This document shows, one piece after another, positions 36,992-41,926 of a DNA stretch of 41,926 nt (position 1 is the stretch's first letter; every line of letters begins with the position of its first letter). The notes below the pieces were generated by a model. It was not told where the DNA came from. It saw only the letters and a program-made list of their open reading frames with translations, and did no database searches. A program made the translations under genes and the position numbers. The stretch lies in UHGV virus genome UHGV-0116964; one strand, written 5' to 3'. Origin of the DNA: a virus.

Positions 36992-37344
36992 TGCGATACC
37001 GTCGCGAAGATACTGAAGGCGATTACACTTTCGGCCAGGGTGACGATACTTTCCTTATCGACAGTCCGGAATGTGTCGCCCAGGCCGTAAAAACCCGTTT
37101 CGAGCTGTGGCGCGGTCAGTGGTTTCTCGATCTGACGGAAGGCACGCCGTATGTTCAGTCAGTGCTTGGGAAGCAGCGATCAGATGTCTACATCCTGGCT
37201 ATACGCGAACGCATACAGGATACACCGGGCGTTCTGTCGATTCTTTCCTTCGATACCAATTATGACGGCACCAGCCGTCGCGTCACCTTCACTTCCTCCA
37301 TTGACACAATCTACGGCCAGACGACTGTAACAAGCGAGGCATAA
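36991..37344 (+). CDS. Baseplate protein (putative)
   Basis: 117 aa; ATGA-coupled. Confidence 0.45.
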   Translation: MRYRREDTEGDYTFGQGDDTFLIDSPECVAQAVKTRFELWRGQWFLDLTEGTPYVQSVLGKQRSDVYILAIRERIQDTPGVLSILSFDTNYDGTSRRVTFTSSIDTIYGQTTVTSEA

Positions 37345-38544
37345 ATGGCTTTGAACCTCGACACGCTGGGGCTATCGGCAACGGTAACCGCCCAGGGGAT
37401 TAGTGCGCCTGATTACCAGACAATCCTAGATACACTGACCAGCTATTTCAGGCAGATTTACGGTAGTGATGCCTACCTCGAACCAGACAGCAAAGACGGG
37501 CAGATGGTCGCGCTGGTGGCTCTTGCCGTGCATGACGCTAACAACACCGCTATCGGGATCTACAACTCTTTTTCACCGACGACAGCGCAGGCCGCAGCGC
37601 TTAGCAGCAATGTGAAAATTAACGGGATCACGCGAAAAGTAGCGACAAACTCTACTGCTGACCTTCTGTTAACCGGTACGGCAGGCACGACTATCACGAA
37701 TGGCTCCGCACGGGATAAAAACGGCATTATCTGGAATTTTCCCGCAAGTGTAGCGATCGGCGTTGATGGTACTGTGCTGGTGACGGCCACATGTGCGAAT
37801 AGCGGTTCGGTTGCGGCGCTGGCCGGGACTATTACCACTATCAACACCCCGACCCGAGGTTGGGTGTCGGTAACCAATCCAGTTGCGGCTACTGTCGGTT
37901 CACCAGCCGAAACCGACGCAGAGCTGCGCATTCGGCAGGGGCAAAGCGTCGCGCTACCATCGATCACACCGTTTGAAGGTGTCGACGGTGCTATCGCTAA
38001 TGTTGCTGGCGTGACACGTCACAAACTATATGAGAACGACACTGGGGCAACCGACAGCAACGGGCTGCCGCCACACTCTATTTCCGCCATCGTCGATGGA
38101 GGGGATGTTACCGAGATAGCCCAAACAATCCGGGGGAGTAAAGGGCAGGGAACCGCAACTTACGGTACAACTTCTGTCACCGTGCCGGATACTTACGGTA
38201 ATCCTCACGTCATCAGTTTTTCGCGTTCTACCGATGTGCCAATTTTTGTAGCCATTACCCTGAAAGTTTTTACCGGGTATACATCTCAAATCGGCGAGCA
38301 GATAAAACAGGCTGTTGCCGATTATATAAATGGCCTGGCAATTGGCGATGACGTTCTGCTGAGTCGTATTTATTCCCCGGCAAACCTTGGCGTGGTAAGC
38401 GGAGGCAGTGCTCGCTATTACGACATTCAGGAGCTGCTCATCGGCAAATCCTCTGACTCAGTCGCAAGCGGAAATATCGATATTGCTTATGACGAATCTG
38501 CGTCATGCGTTGCGAGTCACGTCACTATCACGGTGACCTCATGA
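37345..38544 (+). CDS. Baseplate J-like protein
   Basis: 399 aa; size, position and ETDAELRIR motif fit the baseplate J family. Confidence 0.7.
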   Translation: MALNLDTLGLSATVTAQGISAPDYQTILDTLTSYFRQIYGSDAYLEPDSKDGQMVALVALAVHDANNTAIGIYNSFSPTTAQAAALSSNVKINGITRKVATNSTADLLLTGTAGTTITNGSARDKNGIIWNFPASVAIGVDGTVLVTATCANSGSVAALAGTITTINTPTRGWVSVTNPVAATVGSPAETDAELRIRQGQSVALPSITPFEGVDGAIANVAGVTRHKLYENDTGATDSNGLPPHSISAIVDGGDVTEIAQTIRGSKGQGTATYGTTSVTVPDTYGNPHVISFSRSTDVPIFVAITLKVFTGYTSQIGEQIKQAVADYINGLAIGDDVLLSRIYSPANLGVVSGGSARYYDIQELLIGKSSDSVASGNIDIAYDESASCVASHVTITVTS

Positions 38545-39221
38545 GCAAATACACCGAACTGATCACTAACTACCATGCTACCAAGCCACTCTTTTTTGAC
38601 CATATAGATCTGAGCACCCGCCCGCTGATTGATGTGTCCAGCACTATGTCAGGGCTTGTAACAGCCTTCGATATCGATACGGCGGTTGGCGTGCAACTCG
38701 ATATCCTCGGCCTGTGGATTGGGCGTAGTCGTATAGTCAGCCAGCCAATTAGCGGCGTTTATTTCAGCTGGGACACTGACGGGCTCGGATATGACCAGGG
38801 CATCTGGCAAGGGCCATATGATCCTGATTCTGGCTATACGACGCTGAGTGATGAGACGTACCGCATCATTCTGAAAGCGAAAATCGCTATCAACAACTGG
38901 GATGGTCGGAACGACTCTCTGCCTCCCATCCTTGACGCTGCTACCGCAGGCTCTGGACTGAAGATGCAGATCGTCGATAACCAGGACATGACGATATCGG
39001 TCTGGGTTTTTCCCGAGACTGATATTTCTGATGTGTCACTCGAACTGATAGCCGCTATCAAACAGGGTTATCTCACCGTTAAAGCTGCTGGTGTATGGGC
39101 TGGCGGCGTTGAAACACCCTCAGTCGAAACACCGTCCGAAGGAACAAAATTCTTTGGATTTGACATGGATAACGAATACATCGCCGGTTTTAATGACGGC
39201 GCATGGGGGAGATTACTTTAA
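38541..39221 (+). CDS. Baseplate/tail protein (Mu gp48-position)
   Basis: Internal ATG of track ORF 38505..39221; ATGA-coupled. Confidence 0.5.
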   Translation: MSKYTELITNYHATKPLFFDHIDLSTRPLIDVSSTMSGLVTAFDIDTAVGVQLDILGLWIGRSRIVSQPISGVYFSWDTDGLGYDQGIWQGPYDPDSGYTTLSDETYRIILKAKIAINNWDGRNDSLPPILDAATAGSGLKMQIVDNQDMTISVWVFPETDISDVSLELIAAIKQGYLTVKAAGVWAGGVETPSVETPSEGTKFFGFDMDNEYIAGFNDGAWGRLL

Positions 39222-39847
39222 TGGCTGGAACTAATGATTTTAAAGCGTTTGCGACAGATGCTAATGCAAATGTTACCTCGCAGGAGGAATGGGAGACGCT
39301 AACCGCACTGAAGAAAGGATTCTCCTCGGGTAAAGCATCCAGCGCACAGGTCAGTAAAGCGCTGCGCCAACCGTCGACGATGGCGGCTGTACTGGGGCAG
39401 TTTATCGCGAACGCCGAACTGGACGCGCTCGATGATGGTGACGTTGATGGACTGGTGGCAAAGCTGGCGACAGCGATTACCACAAACCTTGGTTTAGGAG
39501 AAGCGGCGAAAAGGGATGTGGGCACAGGAGATAATCAGATACCGGATATGGGAGCATTCGCTTCTGGTTCGGGATGGTTCAGGCTACCAGGTGGATATAT
39601 TGTTCAGTTTGGCACTTTTTCAGGAAACACGACCCGCTTTATCAGTGGACACTTCCCTATACCATTCCCTAATCAGCCGATGGTTTCAGTCAGTGTTATG
39701 TCTGATGCCGTTCAGTCAGACCCGTCGAATCCTGCCCCGCAGGTTTTGTCTGTAAATTTTGAACATATCAGTAATTCAGCGTGGCGTGTGGCAACCAGTG
39801 ATATCTCACAGCAATACAGATTCAGTTATATTTCGATAGGACGGTAG
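39221..39847 (+). CDS. Tail fibre protein (constant N-terminal ~93 aa plus current variable C-terminus)
   Basis: Internal ATG of track ORF 39203..39847; crossover site lies in codons ~88-94. Confidence 0.6.
   Translation: MAGTNDFKAFATDANANVTSQEEWETLTALKKGFSSGKASSAQVSKALRQPSTMAAVLGQFIANAELDALDDGDVDGLVAKLATAITTNLGLGEAAKRDVGTGDNQIPDMGAFASGSGWFRLPGGYIVQFGTFSGNTTRFISGHFPIPFPNQPMVSVSVMSDAVQSDPSNPAPQVLSVNFEHISNSAWRVATSDISQQYRFSYISIGR
39477..39502. promoter_or_regulatory. Invertase crossover site 1 (TTACCACAAACCTTGGTTTAGGAGAA)
   Basis: AAACC-TT-GGTTT core as in hix/gix/cix sites; inverted partner at about 41293. Confidence 0.6.
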
Positions 39848-39849
39848 AA

Positions 39850-40290
39850 ATGCAGAAATATATTTTCAGTGCCGATAAAAATGCGTTTTTCCCTGTGGAG
39901 CTTAAAATCGCTTATCAGGAATCCGGCGAATGGCCCGATGATGGAATCGAAATTGACGACACTGTTGCCGCCGAATTTATGAAGGAAGCACCAGAAGGAA
40001 AATACAGAGGTGTCATCGACGGAATGCCAGCATGGATTGATATTCCACCGCCAACTCATGAGGAACAAATTGCCGCAGCCGAACTGGAAAAGCAGCAATT
40101 GATTAATCAGGCCAACGATTATATGAACAGTAAACAATGGCCTGGTAAAGCGGCTATTGGTCGTCTGAAAGGTGACGAGCTGGCGCAATATAATTTGTGG
40201 CTGGATTATCTGGACGCACTGGAGCTGGTCGATACTTCCGGTGCGCCAGATATTGAATGGCCTACACCTCCGGCAGTTCAGGCCAGATGA
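39850..40290 (+). CDS. Tail fibre assembly protein (Tfa/U-like)
   Basis: 146 aa; C-terminal DIEWPTPP motif. Confidence 0.75.
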   Translation: MQKYIFSADKNAFFPVELKIAYQESGEWPDDGIEIDDTVAAEFMKEAPEGKYRGVIDGMPAWIDIPPPTHEEQIAAAELEKQQLINQANDYMNSKQWPGKAAIGRLKGDELAQYNLWLDYLDALELVDTSGAPDIEWPTPPAVQAR

Positions 40291-40870
40291 CATCCGGCGC
40301 GGTGCTGGTATCTGTTGCCGTCACCGCGTCAATGTAATCCAGCACAGCGTTAAGGCGGGTTGTTTCTGCCTGCGTCAGTTTACGTCCGGCCTGCAATTTC
40401 AGTTGAATCAGACTGATGGAAGCCATAGCAGCATCAATCAGCGACTGGCGCTGTGCTTCTGCCGCGTCTACTGCGGCGCTATATTGTGCCTCGGTATCGG
40501 TCACCCATTTCTCTCCATCCCATTTATCGTATGGCGTTAATGGGGCGATAGTGGTGGTTCCTTCCGGGTATTCTCCCAACTGTGAAATAGTCACAGGTTT
40601 GCCAGTAGCCGTGCTGTAAACGGTTTCGCCGCGATGGTCTGCAACGTATTCCCAACCGGTCAAATCAGCCGTCCGGCAGACAGCAAAGCCGTCCTTTTTG
40701 CTGATTGGCGCATCCACGCATGAATTGCCTGGAACGCCAACGCCAACGGGAAGATATTCTAACGATGCGGAAGTAAACTCCATCGTTTCTCCGTTGTAGT
40801 TGTAAACAGTGATAAAGCCAGCTTCCGTGGCGAACCCGTTTTCATCCAGGGTGATTTCTTTTGTGGTCAT
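40262..40870 (-). CDS. Alternative tail fibre assembly protein (U'-like)
   Basis: 202 aa on the opposite strand; C-terminal DVIWPELP motif; 3' ends of the two assembly genes overlap. Confidence 0.75.
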   Translation of the reverse strand: MTTKEITLDENGFATEAGFITVYNYNGETMEFTSASLEYLPVGVGVPGNSCVDAPISKKDGFAVCRTADLTGWEYVADHRGETVYSTATGKPVTISQLGEYPEGTTTIAPLTPYDKWDGEKWVTDTEAQYSAAVDAAEAQRQSLIDAAMASISLIQLKLQAGRKLTQAETTRLNAVLDYIDAVTATDTSTAPDVIWPELPEV

Positions 40871-41292
40871 TATACTGCCCTTACAATGTAGTTGAATGCA
40901 ATGTTGCGCGGACGGGTTTCTGAACCACCTGGCGCGTTGGTCGCTATAGTTTTCAAGTTAATTCTCGCGCCAGTGGCATCAGCCCCCACGACGTATGGGC
41001 CGCCCGTTCCGTCTGGACCAGTCGCCCCCCATATTTCTTGGAAATAGTGGTCGTGGGCTTTAAACGTATCACTTTGTAACGAAAGGATTGTTCGCCCTGA
41101 ATCCACACCACGCCCGTCATCCCAGCCACGAATGAATTCACCGCGTAAATCAGGCAATTTATTTGTCGGGTAAGCCTTTGCCAGTTCCGGGTATTCTTCA
41201 GCAGAAAAATCCGCACCATTGCATTTCAGCCAGCCTGTTGGCGGTGTGGCTGAAGGCCACGGAACAGGCACCCCAACAGGTAATGCTGAGCC
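40870..41292 (-). CDS. Alternative tail-fibre C-terminal segment (Sv'-like), expressed only after inversion
   Basis: Track ORF 40870..41325; begins inside crossover site 2; tail-collar-like motifs; shares GLGE with the constant-part junction. Confidence 0.6.
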   Translation of the reverse strand, partial: GSALPVGVPVPWPSATPPTGWLKCNGADFSAEEYPELAKAYPTNKLPDLRGEFIRGWDDGRGVDSGRTILSLQSDTFKAHDHYFQEIWGATGPDGTGGPYVVGADATGARINLKTIATNAPGGSETRPRNIAFNYIVRAV

Positions 41293-41318
41293 TTCTCCCA
41301 AACCAACCTTTTTTATAA
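41293..41318. promoter_or_regulatory. Invertase crossover site 2 (TTCTCCCAAACCAACCTTTTTTATAA)
   Basis: Matches the reverse complement of site 1 at 20 of 26 positions, including the central AA. Confidence 0.55.
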
Positions 41319-41377
41319 CCATCAAAAATCTGGTGATGCTTCGCCGTTTCTCCTGTTTTCATAACAGGAGAAATCCC

Positions 41378-41926
41378 ATGATTTACGGTTATGCCCGAGT
41401 ATCAACAAACCACCAGGACACTGAATTGCAACTAACGGCGCTCAAGTCAGCGGGTTGTGAGAAAATTTTTGAAGAGCATGCCAGCGGGAGGAAATCGAAT
41501 CGGCCGGTTCTAAAACGGCTGATCGCCACTATGCAGCCGGGGGATGAACTGGTGGTCTGGAAGCTGGACAGGATAGGCCGCAACGTTCTGCATGCGCTGT
41601 TGATGTTCCAGCAGTTACAGGAAAAGGGTATCAACTTCCGCAGTATTACCGATGGCGTGGATCTCAAAACAGCCAGCGGCCGCTATAACTTTCGTAACAT
41701 CCTTTCCGCAGCACAATATGAATCTGATCTTAATAGCGAACGTACCTTAGCAGGGCTGGCCGTAGCCAGGGCAAAAGGGCGAGTTGGTGGTCGCAGGCCT
41801 AAGTTCACGGATGAGCAATGGTGGGAAATGGGGGAGCGGATGGCAACCGGTGAATCACGACAAAGCGTATCAAAAACATATGGAGTAGGGCTCTCAACTC
41901 TGTATAAAAAGTTTCCAGCTAGCTGA
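41378..41926 (+). CDS. Serine DNA invertase (Hin/Gin/Cin/Pin family)
   Basis: Internal ATG of track ORF 41219..41926 with AGGAG SD; MIYGYARVSTNHQDTELQ...GRRPKF is the resolvase/invertase catalytic N-terminus with a C-terminal HTH. Confidence 0.9.
   Translation: MIYGYARVSTNHQDTELQLTALKSAGCEKIFEEHASGRKSNRPVLKRLIATMQPGDELVVWKLDRIGRNVLHALLMFQQLQEKGINFRSITDGVDLKTASGRYNFRNILSAAQYESDLNSERTLAGLAVARAKGRVGGRRPKFTDEQWWEMGERMATGESRQSVSKTYGVGLSTLYKKFPAS

Larger units (their letters stand above)
1..41926. mobile_element. Prophage segment: Rac-like early/immunity region, lambda-type O/P replication, Mu-like contractile tail with invertible fibre segment
   Basis: Continuous phage gene order int-xis-recTE-repressor-cro-O-P-nin-Q-lysis-terminase-portal-capsid-tail-fibre-invertase; short AT-rich islands interrupt otherwise GC-balanced DNA. 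Confidence 0.9.

Overview
The whole window reads as one mosaic temperate-phage (prophage) genome, from a tyrosine integrase at the left edge to a serine DNA invertase at the right edge. All assignments rest on reading the supplied protein translations and DNA by eye; no database search was run. Manually derived coordinates (refined starts, small sites) may be off by 1-2 bp, because at least one spot (about 6240) did not index consistently against the ORF track. Layout: (1) integrase and AlpA-like excisionase; (2) a leftward early operon resembling the Rac prophage: RecT-like annealase, RecE-like exonuclease VIII, a small zinc-binding ORF missed by the track, a small Kil-position protein; (3) an immunity region with a DicA/RacR-like repressor, divergent Cro-like (YdaS-type) and YdaT-like genes, and matching operator palindromes on both sides (OR and OL); (4) lambda-type O/P replication genes with iterons inside O; (5) a nin-like region with methyltransferase gene remnants, a LexA-box-controlled dinI-like gene, a YbcO-like protein, RusA and a Q-like antiterminator; (6) lysis cassette (holin, GH19 endolysin, nested Rz/Rz1); (7) head genes (terminase, portal, Mu F-like, capsid); (8) a Mu-like contractile tail module with a -1 frameshift chaperone and a tape measure carrying a lytic transglycosylase domain; (9) an invertible tail-fibre segment with two 26-bp crossover sites and a Hin/Gin-family invertase. 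The best candidate for an undescribed system is an AT-rich, translationally coupled three-gene cassette (zinc-ribbon protein plus two membrane proteins) at 7413..8552, sitting between the repressor gene and OL, the slot that holds rexAB in lambda and sieB in Rac/P22. I do not recognise any of its three proteins. Other cargo islands worth testing lie at the Q-lysis junction (15793..16492), inside the baseplate cluster (35370..36028) and antisense between the terminase genes (19918..20130).
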